In this document: positions 1-10,702 of the stretch, in pieces
Numbering within the stretch: position 1 is the first letter of the stretch
Layout of the letters: each line of letters opens with the position of its first letter
Source: an uncultured Planctomycetia bacterium
Lineage (GTDB): Bacteria > Omnitrophota > Gorgyraeia > Tantalellales > Tantalellaceae
Length of the DNA stretch: 64,000 nucleotides
Assembly: GCA_964527765.1 (NCBI GenBank)
Contig: CAZGQR010000001.1
Span: forward strand, 182,353-246,352
Direction of reading: 5' to 3'
Translations under genes and position numbers: made by a program
Notes under the pieces: model-generated
Told to the model about the DNA's origin: nothing
Seen by the model: only the letters and a program-made list of their open reading frames with translations
Databases searched by the model: none

Positions 1-348
1 GAGTCTCTGGTCCGAGATCCCGAAATGGTGGGCAAGTTCGTGCTGGACCGTATGCGTTACCAGGCGGATTATTTGCTCGTCCGTCCTGCAGATCCTCTCA
101 ATGTTTTTCTGGAAGATGGAAACTTTATCCGGCATCACCATACCGTATTGATGGCTTCTTCTCGCCAGAGGCACCCCCTGATAAAGACCCAGCACCATCC
201 TCCTGTGAGCGGCATCAACCGATCTGGCCTGCCCCGGGGTGGGTTCATCCTCTATCACCACATCAACATTCTCAAGACTGTCTTTGAAAGTCTGCGGTAG
301 ATCATCGAGCGCTCTTATTACCAGTTTTTCGAAATCCTCGCGTCTCAT
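1..348 (-). CDS. Zincin-like metallopeptidase family protein (3' end runs off window)
   Basis: Not in the ORF track. Hand translation from ATG 348 gives MRREDFEKLVIRALDDLP...LGLYQGVPL...PDKVSIFQKNI...TVQHELAHHFGISDQRL, an HExxH zincin motif, open to base 1. Confidence 0.85.
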   Translation of the reverse strand, partial: MRREDFEKLVIRALDDLPQTFKDSLENVDVVIEDEPTPGQARSVDAAHRRMVLGLYQGVPLARRSHQYGMVMPDKVSIFQKNIERICRTDEQIIRLVTHTVQHELAHHFGISDQRL

Positions 349-352
349 ATTT

Positions 353-1321
353 TCATCCGCCGGCCCAGTCCTCATCCCGGGCATCCTTGATATAATATTT
401 GCGGCCCTTGATACTGATAAAATCGCTCCAGGCCTTTCCCTCTCTGGCCTGGGAAAGCTGCAGTTCCTTGATCGCGTTGGCCTGAGAGACAAGTTCATCC
501 ACCTGGTATATGATGGTGGCTTCCAGGGTCTTGGGAAGAACGGGAGACTGCTGTTCATATTCGCCGTGGTGGCTCAATATGATATGTTCGAGACGCAGGA
601 GCAGATCGCCGGGGAAATCCTGTATCTCGGCGATCTTTTCCATCAATATCCTGTACCCGATCGCGATATGCCCCACGAGCCCGCCCTCAACAGTATATTC
701 CATCTTTCTGGGATCAAGCTCGTACACCTTCCCTACGTCATGGACAAATGCGCCAAAAAGAGCGATGTCCCTGTCTGCCTCCGGATATATCTTGCACATC
801 TGATCAACGATATACATGACTTCATATGTGTGCTCCAAAAGGCCTCCTATATAAGCATTGTGCCAGCTCTTGCCCCCCAGACCGTCCTTAAAAAGGGCCA
901 TGAGCTTTTCGTCGCCCGTAAAACGTTCCGCGAGATCATGGACCCAGCGATTCTTTATGCCTTCAAGATATTCAAGGACTTTGCCGAAAATTTCATCCCT
1001 GTTCTCAGCCACACGCACCATGTCCTCATACTGAAAGGCCCTTTCATCGGCTTTTGAGATGAAATCCGTTTTAAGCTGTTTCTCTCCCCGGTACTCCCCG
1101 ACGACTCCCTTGATACGGACGATATCACCCGACTCGGCAGCTTCGTTGAACTTCTCGGCATCGTCCCACAGGCGGGCTTCGATCTTCCCCGTCCTGTCGG
1201 AAAGGGTTATCTGGAGATAAGGCTTGTCGTATTTTGTCAGTTTCAATTCCTTCTTATTAAGCATGAAAAAGGAATCGACCTGCTCGTTGATCTTGAAATC
1301 AGATATGAATTTCTTGTCCAT
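353..1321 (-). CDS. yhaM: YhaM/CBF1-like 3'-5' exoribonuclease (OB-fold + HD domain)
   Basis: N-terminal OB fold (YLQITLSDRTGKIEARLW), HNAYIGGLLEHT, HDVGK, ILSHHG. Confidence 0.85.
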   Translation of the reverse strand: MDKKFISDFKINEQVDSFFMLNKKELKLTKYDKPYLQITLSDRTGKIEARLWDDAEKFNEAAESGDIVRIKGVVGEYRGEKQLKTDFISKADERAFQYEDMVRVAENRDEIFGKVLEYLEGIKNRWVHDLAERFTGDEKLMALFKDGLGGKSWHNAYIGGLLEHTYEVMYIVDQMCKIYPEADRDIALFGAFVHDVGKVYELDPRKMEYTVEGGLVGHIAIGYRILMEKIAEIQDFPGDLLLRLEHIILSHHGEYEQQSPVLPKTLEATIIYQVDELVSQANAIKELQLSQAREGKAWSDFISIKGRKYYIKDARDEDWAGG

Positions 1322-1370
1322 GATCAGACCTCCCCTGTCAATCCCGCCCGAGGCAAAATCAACTATTCCC

Positions 1371-1430
1371 CTAGTCCCGTTAGAAATGAAACCCGACCTT
1401 CGTGGCTTGGGACATTTCTAACGGGGCCAG
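1371..1430. repeat. Palindromic element CCCGTTAGAAATG-N24-CATTTCTAACGGG
   Basis: Perfect 13-bp inverted repeat at 1376-1388 / 1413-1425; one arm contains the helicase stop codon. Confidence 0.75.
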
Positions 1431-4400
1431 CATATGGGATCAAATTCGCATCTGGCGCATCTGTCCCTATCGTCTCTTTCGGGCAGTTTTTCAAATTTGA
1501 GCTGCTGCATGTCCCGCCAGCATCTTGTTATCAATTTCTCCAATTCCGTAACCATTTCATCCGTAAGTTCGATATCTATATCCCGGTACTGGCCTTTGTC
1601 AAGTTCATATTTTTTTACCGTTTCCGATGCCGGTTCAAGAAACTGAAGCAAGCCGCGACTGACGGAAGCCTTCTTCCCGTCCCGCTGATTCCTGTCGAAC
1701 ACCATCTTATAGGAAATAAGCTGGCGGTAGTAATCGTCGCATTCATACTCCGAAATATCCCTGCAGTTATGTATCGCCTTGACATGCTTATCCGGTTTAC
1801 CTGTTTTATAATCAACTACCTTCACTGTCCCGTCTTTTTCGATCTCGACCTTATCGAATTTTCCCTTGAAGATAAATCCCTCGGGGAACGAGACCGCAAG
1901 TTCGCTCTCCAGAGAACAGGGCATCACCGGAGTCCGGGATTCTCTTTTATACCAGCCACTCAAGGTATCCAGCCGGGAAAGGCACATGCTCTTTACCGCA
2001 TCGCTTACGCCCTGAAATTCGAGTTCCCTCCTGAACGATTTTTTGAAGAGATCAAACCCGGGGAACTTCTTATTTTCCATATAATGAAGGTATACATCCT
2101 CAAGCGCTTTGTGGGCGCAGTTACCGAAGACTATGTGCTGCGTCTTCCTGCCGGGAAGCCTGAGAACGTAATTATACATGAACTTCCTTCTGCATGTCAG
2201 GTAACTGTTGAGCTTAGTGGGGGTGAGGGAGATCTTGCTCACCATATCCTTCAATATGCCGCGGGTATCCTTGAACGGGTCCCTGTCCGTCTTTGCCTCA
2301 AGAAACTTCCCGAGAAACTTGCCTTCATCCTTCGGTGAACCGGACCCGGGCTGAATACCCGCATGGCTCAAAAAGCGGCTTATTATCACTTTTTCTCCGG
2401 GGGTAGCCGTGTATATCAGGTTGGCCTTTGCTCTCGTGGAAGCGACATAAAAAAGACGGAGCTCATCATAAAAGCTCAGCAGTTTCAGCTTCTTTTTCTC
2501 GTCGACCCTTTCCTTGCTTTTATAGATATCCGGCGGAAGCGGCACCACATCGGGCTTGCTTCGCACCGGCCAGCTTTTCTGCTCAAGGCAGAAAGGCATG
2601 AACACGGTGTAAAACTCAAGCCCCTTCGAGCTATGGGCGGTATAAATGCGGATGCCGTCCTGGCTGAGCGTGGCCAGCTCGCCCTCTATCGGCATATCGT
2701 GCACTTCCCTCAGGTCCAGTTCGCTGGTAAAATCATCCAGTCTCAGCGAAGGCCTGGCCAGGCTCGATTCCTTTATCTTGTTCACGAACGATACCAGGGC
2801 CCTGAGATCCCTGATCCTGAGAACCTTGTTTTGTCTATAATTCTCCAGTATAAACCTGTAGAGTCCCGTATCCTCTATAAACCCCAGCAGGATATCGTGC
2901 ACCGGACGCGTTCTTGCATCCATCAGCAGCCTCTTCACGGCCCACGCCGCCTTGTGAAGAGCGTGAGGGTCTTTTAGGTCCAGTTCCCTGCTTATCTTCA
3001 ACCTGTTCGAATCTTCCCTGGTCGGCGGAGTTTCCGTTCCGCTGGCCGGAAAACGGTCCTGAAATTCCTGAAAAAGATTGAAAGACTTATATGTCCCCAG
3101 GTCCTTGTCTTTTCTGGAAAGACTCTTTTGCCTGTTCACAAAGCCTATGAACTTCAAAATATCGGCATGCGTAGCCCCGATATAATCCGAGGAAAGTATT
3201 TTATACAGGGCCAGGGATTTCTTCTCGTTGTTTTCCATGTCCACGTTTGCGAGCTCCAGCACATCCAGCATCTGCTGGACCCGTTTTTCCTGGCGTATGT
3301 CCTCGCCGCTGTCCGCGGCATACGGAATGCCGGCCTTCAGGAACGCTTCTATCACCTTCTGCCGCTGACTGCGCTTGCGGACAAGAACGGCTATGTTATT
3401 ATAAGGTTTTTCCTTTTCCTCCGGAGACAGTGAAGGGTCATGCCTTATTTTCTCGGCCTGTTTTTCTATCTCACCAATAATAAAAAAGAGCTCCTCTTCC
3501 TCGGTAAGAAATTCCAGAAACTGTATTTTCCCGTTCCTGTAATCAACACGCTTCTTAGGGTCTTTCGCGCTGACCCTTTCGTCTTCTGGAAGCTGAGATA
3601 TGATCCGGGAAGACAGTTCGATCACATCCCGGGTGGACCGGTAATTATCCTTGAGAACAATGGTCTCGAGGAAAGGGATCCTTTCTTTCAGAACGCGGAA
3701 ATTTGACAACGTCGCCCCCTGGAAACGGTATATGGACTGATCATCGTCCCCCACACAGCACAGATTCGGTGCCCCGGGGTCAAGTATTGCGAACAAAAGT
3801 TCCAACTGAGCGCCATTCGTATCCTGGTACTCGTCGACCATGATATATTTGTACTGCCTGCTAAAAGCCTCGCGCAGCTCCGTTTCCCGGCGGAACGCAT
3901 TAAGCGCTATGAGTATCATGTCATCATAATCCTTGCGTCCTCTTTCGTCAAAAAGAAGCGCGCACTCTTTGTCCTTCAGTTCCTCGTACTTTTCGTATAT
4001 TACCGAAAGCGCTTTCAGGCGCGAAACATGTTTCTCCTCAAGATTTATGCCATCCGGCCTGAGGTCTTTAAGCTGCTTCTTCAGGTCGTCCGGAGCAATA
4101 CCCTCGTTTTTGAGTTCACTTATCCGGTTCTGGATCTCCCGGATATGAATATACGGGGCTCCGAAAGGCTTGAGCTCCCCTGCGCCTTTTATATTATCCA
4201 GTATATACTCCAGCGCCCTTACCTTTTCGACCTCAGTCATATCGATCTTGTCCCTGACGTATTTTATCGCTCCCTCGGACTCAAGGACTACGGAATTGGC
4301 AAAGCTGTGAAATGTCTCGACTTCCACGTTGTACCCGTCATGCCCTATGACCGAGGCGAGCCGCTCGCGCATGGCCCTGGCGGCGGCGTTCGTGAACGTG

Positions 4401-4594
4401 ACTATGAGTATGTTCTCGGGATCGCACTTTTTCCGCAGTATGATATTGGCGGCGCGTAACGAAAGGAGTTGCGTCTTGCCTGTGCCGGGGCCGGCAAGAA
4501 TAAGAAGCGCGCCTTCGGTCGTGTCAACGGCCCTTTTCTGTTCGGCATTTAACTTATCATAGTGTTCTTGAAAAGCTTTCATTTCGGCGTGCAT
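1418..4594 (-). CDS. UvrD/Rep (SF1) helicase fused to a C-terminal PD-(D/E)xK nuclease (AddA/AdnB-like)
   Basis: Walker A AGPGTGKT, VDEYQD, VGDDDQSIYRFQGA, NYRS, TAHSSKGLEF, LFYVASTRAK; C-terminal GKFDKV...VVDYKTG, QLxxY and Cys cluster CARCEFDPIC. Confidence 0.9.
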   Translation of the reverse strand: MHAEMKAFQEHYDKLNAEQKRAVDTTEGALLILAGPGTGKTQLLSLRAANIILRKKCDPENILIVTFTNAAARAMRERLASVIGHDGYNVEVETFHSFANSVVLESEGAIKYVRDKIDMTEVEKVRALEYILDNIKGAGELKPFGAPYIHIREIQNRISELKNEGIAPDDLKKQLKDLRPDGINLEEKHVSRLKALSVIYEKYEELKDKECALLFDERGRKDYDDMILIALNAFRRETELREAFSRQYKYIMVDEYQDTNGAQLELLFAILDPGAPNLCCVGDDDQSIYRFQGATLSNFRVLKERIPFLETIVLKDNYRSTRDVIELSSRIISQLPEDERVSAKDPKKRVDYRNGKIQFLEFLTEEEELFFIIGEIEKQAEKIRHDPSLSPEEKEKPYNNIAVLVRKRSQRQKVIEAFLKAGIPYAADSGEDIRQEKRVQQMLDVLELANVDMENNEKKSLALYKILSSDYIGATHADILKFIGFVNRQKSLSRKDKDLGTYKSFNLFQEFQDRFPASGTETPPTREDSNRLKISRELDLKDPHALHKAAWAVKRLLMDARTRPVHDILLGFIEDTGLYRFILENYRQNKVLRIRDLRALVSFVNKIKESSLARPSLRLDDFTSELDLREVHDMPIEGELATLSQDGIRIYTAHSSKGLEFYTVFMPFCLEQKSWPVRSKPDVVPLPPDIYKSKERVDEKKKLKLLSFYDELRLFYVASTRAKANLIYTATPGEKVIISRFLSHAGIQPGSGSPKDEGKFLGKFLEAKTDRDPFKDTRGILKDMVSKISLTPTKLNSYLTCRRKFMYNYVLRLPGRKTQHIVFGNCAHKALEDVYLHYMENKKFPGFDLFKKSFRRELEFQGVSDAVKSMCLSRLDTLSGWYKRESRTPVMPCSLESELAVSFPEGFIFKGKFDKVEIEKDGTVKVVDYKTGKPDKHVKAIHNCRDISEYECDDYYRQLISYKMVFDRNQRDGKKASVSRGLLQFLEPASETVKKYELDKGQYRDIDIELTDEMVTELEKLITRCWRDMQQLKFEKLPERDDRDRCARCEFDPICWPR

Positions 4595-4657
4595 GCTCAG
4601 ATCTAACTGTTACGAGGCAGGTTTTTTCGGGTCCGCCCGGCACCTGATACCTGAAAC

Positions 4658-5263
4658 CTATTTTTTAGATATCTGAAAAATCGCGTTGAGAGCGAAAAGG
4701 TTCGGCATGAATCTTACGGTACCGCTTTCAGCAAGAAAAACACTTTTTTCTATAGTTATTCCCCGCTCCGCGCAAAATATCCTGAAATCCTTGATGCTCA
4801 GAAAGTGAAGGTTCGGCGTATCGTACCAGAAATAAGGCAGGGACGGCGTTATCGGCACATGCCCGCTGAAAAGTATCTGGAGCCTTGCCGTGATATAGCA
4901 AAAATTCGGGAAACCTATTATGACCTTTTTCCCGATCCTCAATGCTTCCATTATGGCTTCGGCGGGCCTGTGGACCTGCTGCATGGTCTGGTTGAAAATG
5001 ACATAATCGAACAGTTTATCGGGATATTCCTTCAGCCCGGAATCAATATCGCCGTGAGACACGCTGAGCCCCTTTTCCACGCACTTGTATATGGCCTCTT
5101 CGCTTATCTCGACACCGCTGCCTTTGACCTCCTTGCGAAGAACAAGATACTCCAGAAGATCGCCGTCGCCGCACCCCATGTCAAGCACCATGGACCCCGG
5201 CTCGATCATGTCGCCGATGACCTTATGATCGACCCTCAACTCCTCTTTTCTTTTGCTCGCCAT
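4658..5263 (-). CDS. metW: Methionine biosynthesis protein MetW
   Basis: VLDMGCGDG SAM motif, GFPNF, WYDTPNLH; directly follows metX. Confidence 0.9.
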   Translation of the reverse strand: MASKRKEELRVDHKVIGDMIEPGSMVLDMGCGDGDLLEYLVLRKEVKGSGVEISEEAIYKCVEKGLSVSHGDIDSGLKEYPDKLFDYVIFNQTMQQVHRPAEAIMEALRIGKKVIIGFPNFCYITARLQILFSGHVPITPSLPYFWYDTPNLHFLSIKDFRIFCAERGITIEKSVFLAESGTVRFMPNLFALNAIFQISKK

Positions 5264-5266
5264 ACC

Positions 5267-6409
5267 TTATTTCCCCTGTTTCTTATGCGTCTTTTCCAGA
5301 AAATGCTTTATCAGCCGGCTCTCTTCGGCGTATTCAAGCAGGAAGGCGTCGTGACCGTAATCCGAACTTATTTCGCAATACGTGACATCGATGCCGTTCA
5401 TCTTGAGGGCCCTGACTATTTCCTTTGACTGAAACGGCGGATAAAGCCAATCTGAACTGAACGCGATGATCAAAAACCGCGCGCTTACGCCCCTGAACGT
5501 ATCCTGCAGTTTCTTGCCGTGCTGGAGATCAAAGTAATCCATGGCCTTGGTGATATAGAGATAAGAATTGGCATCAAACCGTTTGACAAAATTGTCCCCC
5601 CTGTAGCGAAGGTATCCTTCGACCTCGAATTCCGTACTGAATTCATACCCCAGTTCTGCTCTCTTCAATGCCCTGCCGAACTTCTTTTCCATGGACTTGT
5701 TGCTCATGTAAGTAATGTGTCCTATCATGCGCGCGACAGCCAGCCCCGCGGAAGGATGCCCTTTCTCATAATAGTTCCCTCCGTTCCAGGCCGGATCCGC
5801 CATAATAGCCTGCCGGCCGACCTCATCGAAAGCGATCTGCTGGGCAGAGTGTTTATAATTTGCGGCTATAGGGATACATGAAACGACCATCTTGGGATAT
5901 GTCACTGCCCACTGGAGGGCCTGCATGCCGCCCATGGACCCCCCGCAGACGGAAAGCAGTTTCTTGATCCCCAGAAAATCAAGCAGCTTTTTCTGCGCAT
6001 GCACCATATCCTTTATGGAGACGATCGGAAAAGCGAGCCCGTAAGGTTTTCCGGTGGATGGATTGATGGAATTGGGGCCGCTTGAACCCTTGCACCCCCC
6101 GATCACGTTCGAACAGATCACAAAATATTTATCCGTATCAAAGGCCTTGCCCGGACCGATCATATCGTTCCACCAGCCGGGTTTTTTGTCGCCGCTATGA
6201 AAACCGGCGACATGCGCATCACCGGAAAGTGCATGACATATAAGGACCGCGTTATTTTTTCGGCTGTTCAGTTCGCCGTACGTCTCGTAAGCGATCTTCA
6301 GCCCGGGAAGCTTCGCGTCGTTTTCCAGGATGAATTCCGCGCCTTCAGGCATGTTGTAATATTTTGTTTCGACAAATCCTAGATCTTTCTTGCCGCTCTT
6401 GTCTGGCAT
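5267..6409 (-). CDS. metX: Homoserine O-acetyltransferase
   Basis: [18 protein letters not shown] nucleophile elbow, RFDANSY, GHDAFL. Confidence 0.95.
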   Translation of the reverse strand: MPDKSGKKDLGFVETKYYNMPEGAEFILENDAKLPGLKIAYETYGELNSRKNNAVLICHALSGDAHVAGFHSGDKKPGWWNDMIGPGKAFDTDKYFVICSNVIGGCKGSSGPNSINPSTGKPYGLAFPIVSIKDMVHAQKKLLDFLGIKKLLSVCGGSMGGMQALQWAVTYPKMVVSCIPIAANYKHSAQQIAFDEVGRQAIMADPAWNGGNYYEKGHPSAGLAVARMIGHITYMSNKSMEKKFGRALKRAELGYEFSTEFEVEGYLRYRGDNFVKRFDANSYLYITKAMDYFDLQHGKKLQDTFRGVSARFLIIAFSSDWLYPPFQSKEIVRALKMNGIDVTYCEISSDYGHDAFLLEYAEESRLIKHFLEKTHKKQGK

Positions 6410-6439
6410 ATCCTCACCTGCCCGATATGTTAAAAGTTT

Positions 6440-7372
6440 TTAGCCCAGGTAATCCTTAAAGAGCCATGTGCTCAGATATCTTTCCCCGGTGTCGCACAGG
6501 ATCGTCACTATATTCTTGCCTCTGTTTTCCTCCCTGGACGCCACTCTGACGCTGGCTGCGACATTCGCTCCCGCGGATATCCCCACCAACAGCCCTTCTT
6601 TCCTGGCCAGGGTGCGCGCCATCTCCCCCGCCTCATCGTCGGGAACGGTTATTATCTCATCTATCAGTTCTTTTTTCAAGACCTTAGGGATGAACCCGGC
6701 GCCTATACCCTGTATCCCGTGAGATCCCGGCCTGCCGCCGGAAAGCACCGGCGATGATTCCGGTTCCACTCCTATGATCTTCACGCCGGGGTTTTTCTTC
6801 TTCAAGACACCTCCGACACCCGTGATAGTGCCTCCTGTCCCGATGCCGGCCACGAACACGTCCACCTGTCCGTCCGTATCGTTCCATATCTCCTGCGCGG
6901 TAGTCCTTTCGTGCATTTCAGGGTTGGCCCTGTTTTCAAACTGGTGAGGGACGAAAGAATCCGGTATCTCCCCGGCCAGTTCCTCCGCTTTTTCGATCGC
7001 CCCGGCCATCCCTTTTTCCCCGGGAGTGAGAACGACTTCCGCGCCCAGCACTTTTAAAAGCGCGCGCCTTTCAGCGCTCATGGTATCGGGCATCGTCAAA
7101 ATAAGCCTGTACCCCTTGACCGCGCTGACAAAAGCAAGCGCTATCCCGGTATTTCCGCTTGTCGGCTCAATGATCACCGAGCCCCCTTTTAACTTACCTT
7201 CGGCTTCGGCCGCTTCGATCATTGCTACCCCGATACGGTCCTTGACGCTTGAAAGCGGATTGAAAAATTCCGCCTTTGCAAGGATATTGCCCGGCAGGCC
7301 CTTCCCGACCTTTCCAAGCCGCACAAGAGGCGTATTGCCGACTGTCTGCGTGATATCGTCGTATATCTTCAT
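6440..7372 (-). CDS. cysK: Cysteine synthase A
   Basis: [12 protein letters not shown] lysine, [23 protein letters not shown]; start taken at [10 protein letters not shown] (7372). Confidence 0.95.
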   Translation of the reverse strand: MKIYDDITQTVGNTPLVRLGKVGKGLPGNILAKAEFFNPLSSVKDRIGVAMIEAAEAEGKLKGGSVIIEPTSGNTGIALAFVSAVKGYRLILTMPDTMSAERRALLKVLGAEVVLTPGEKGMAGAIEKAEELAGEIPDSFVPHQFENRANPEMHERTTAQEIWNDTDGQVDVFVAGIGTGGTITGVGGVLKKKNPGVKIIGVEPESSPVLSGGRPGSHGIQGIGAGFIPKVLKKELIDEIITVPDDEAGEMARTLARKEGLLVGISAGANVAASVRVASREENRGKNIVTILCDTGERYLSTWLFKDYLG

Positions 7373-7373
7373 G

Positions 7374-8702
<1,329 letters not shown>

Positions 8703-8726
8703 TCAATGCTTTACATATTTAAAAAT

Positions 8727-9743
8727 CTATTTCCACAACCAGTATTCGCGGTCATTGAGGCCCGTCACCCGAAGAGGTTCGATCCTGGTATTCCTGCCAA
8801 AAATATATCCGGAACCGTAGAGATCGCGGAACCAGTACATAATCTCCTTCCAGAGATAATATGTAAAGTATTCCCAGAGAGGCGGCGATATCTTCCTCAC
8901 CTCATAGGTCACATAATCGTGGTTGACCATCACCCTGATATAGTGGAGATACCCGCCATCTGCCTCCGGTATCTCTATAAGCATGCCTCCCCCGCCGGTC
9001 ACGATATAATCCACATCATCGAACTTCTCATGTTTGAACATGTGCTTATGACCGGTAAATACCATATCCACATTGTATTCCCCGCAAAGCTTGCGGAACC
9101 TGTAAGCCCACGGACTGTTATCCTCATTATACCATTCCTGCTGGTACGGATCGAAGGGCGGTTTATGCATGGCTATGAATATATGCTCGTATTTCTGCCC
9201 TTTTTTCAATTCTTCTTCCAGCCGGTTAAACTGTGTTTGACTGAGCGCGCCTTCTTCATTGTCCAGCACGATAAAATACGAATTCCTGTCCGCAAAAGCA
9301 AATTCCCTCTCGCCGCAAAACTCCTTAAAAAGCTCCCGATCATCATGGTTGCCTATGGCCGCGATGACGGGATATTTTATGAGCTTCTGCATTTTTTTGT
9401 AAGCCAGAAAATGCGAACGCTTGCCGTCAAGAGAAATATCTCCCACGCTCAGGACAAAATCTATCGGGACCTTGCGGAACCTGTCTTCCCGGTTCATGTG
9501 CCATATCTCCTTGAGAGTGGCCGCATCGTTGAAAATAAGGCCGGAGTGGTTATCTCCAAAGATAATGAACGAAAAATAGGCCCCTTTATTTCCCTCGACC
9601 TTTTCGATATTGGCCCTGTTGTTGTTATCCGGCCGGGCGCCTTTCATGAACCAGAACGGGATAAGCGGCAGAAAAGAATAGATCACCGTGACAATAAGCA
9701 AAATCACGATTACCCTTATCCACCTTACATTGCCTTTGCTCAT
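8727..9743 (-). CDS. Membrane-anchored calcineurin-like metallophosphoesterase
   Basis: N-terminal TM helix; GDNH, GD, GNHD, MH, GHKH motifs. Confidence 0.85.
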   Translation of the reverse strand: MSKGNVRWIRVIVILLIVTVIYSFLPLIPFWFMKGARPDNNNRANIEKVEGNKGAYFSFIIFGDNHSGLIFNDAATLKEIWHMNREDRFRKVPIDFVLSVGDISLDGKRSHFLAYKKMQKLIKYPVIAAIGNHDDRELFKEFCGEREFAFADRNSYFIVLDNEEGALSQTQFNRLEEELKKGQKYEHIFIAMHKPPFDPYQQEWYNEDNSPWAYRFRKLCGEYNVDMVFTGHKHMFKHEKFDDVDYIVTGGGGMLIEIPEADGGYLHYIRVMVNHDYVTYEVRKISPPLWEYFTYYLWKEIMYWFRDLYGSGYIFGRNTRIEPLRVTGLNDREYWLWK

Positions 9744-9772
9744 GTTATTTGCCTTTCGTTGCGCGCGCGAAC

Positions 9773-10249
9773 CTATCTCGCAATGCTGACGATCTTGTAC
9801 TTAAGCGTTCCGGCCGGGACCTGGACCTCCACGACATCGCCCGCTTTATGCCCGAGAAGGGCCTTGCCCACCGGCGAGGAGATGGAGATCTTATTCAGAT
9901 CGAAATCGGATTCCTCCTCGGCAACAAGCATATAATCAAACTCCTCCTCCGTATTCTGATCCCTTACCTTCACCGTCGCCCCCAGCAGGGCTTCGTCCGC
10001 GGGCATGGCCTTATCGTCTATCAATCTCGCTCTCATCAAAATATCTTCCAGTTCAGCGATCCTTTTTTCATTCATGGCCTGGGCTTCCTTGGCAGCATCA
10101 TATTCGGCGTTTTCGCTTAAATCGCCGTGGGCCCTGGCCTCGCCAAGAGCTTTTGCTATCTCCTTACGTTTCCTCCCCTTGAGACTTTCCAGTTCCCTGC
10201 AGATCTTATCGCGCCCCTCGCGTGTCAGGTTAACGCTGCCTCCGCCCAT
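9773..10249 (-). CDS. greA: Transcription elongation factor GreA
   Basis: HGDLSENAEY, ISISSPVGKALLG. Confidence 0.97.
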   Translation of the reverse strand: MGGGSVNLTREGRDKICRELESLKGRKRKEIAKALGEARAHGDLSENAEYDAAKEAQAMNEKRIAELEDILMRARLIDDKAMPADEALLGATVKVRDQNTEEEFDYMLVAEEESDFDLNKISISSPVGKALLGHKAGDVVEVQVPAGTLKYKIVSIAR

Positions 10250-10305
10250 TTCGCCTCCCGCTATATTTATTGGCTCCTAAAGATTAAACTAGTAATGGTG
10301 TATTG

Positions 10306-10334
10306 ATTATAAGGGAATACCGCGCTTATGACAA
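10306..10334 (-). promoter_or_regulatory. sigma70-type promoter for greA
   Basis: TTGTCA-N17-TATAAT on the minus strand. Confidence 0.6.
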
Positions 10335-10500
10335 ACAAAAATTTTAATATATTTCAGGGCAGGAAAATCGGGCAAAAAAGGGAATATCAAACGGATAGAG
10401 AGCCTTTGTTAAATATTAAATAGGTAGTTTCATAATCTTGCTTTTTAATTTTTTATCATTAAACTTGAATTAGAAACGCGGTTGTTCTTTGTACTGAAGC

Positions 10501-10600
10501 ATCAAATCGATAAGGGCAAACTATTCGAAAGAATGGGGCTGCAAAGTCTTGAGCCTAACTCCCCTCCCGGGGACATGGCTGTCGGACCGCCGAAGTTGAT
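10501..10600 (+). ncRNA. c-di-GMP-I (GEMM) riboswitch aptamer
   Basis: AGGGCAAA-CTATTC-GAAA-GAATGG-GGCTGCAAAG, P2 with CCTAAC...CATGG tetraloop receptor, 3' CGCCGA; P1 ATCAA..TCG / CGA..TTGAT. Confidence 0.88.
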
Positions 10601-10636
10601 CTTCTGTGGATTTTCATTTTCAAACTAACTTTTTGT

Positions 10637-10684
10637 AACCCTATTTGAAGGGCTTTGCCTTTATCAAATAGGGTTTTTTATTTT
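10637..10684 (+). terminator. Intrinsic terminator in the riboswitch expression platform
   Basis: AACCCTATTTGA...TCAAATAGGGTT followed by a T-run, upstream of the RBS of the hydrolase gene. Confidence 0.85.
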
Positions 10685-10702
10685 CAAAAAGGAGGCAAGA
10701 AA

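Noticed and set aside
1418-2250. Cas4 as part of a CRISPR or defence system
   Set aside because: The nuclease is fused to a UvrD helicase in a housekeeping context with no other cas genes.
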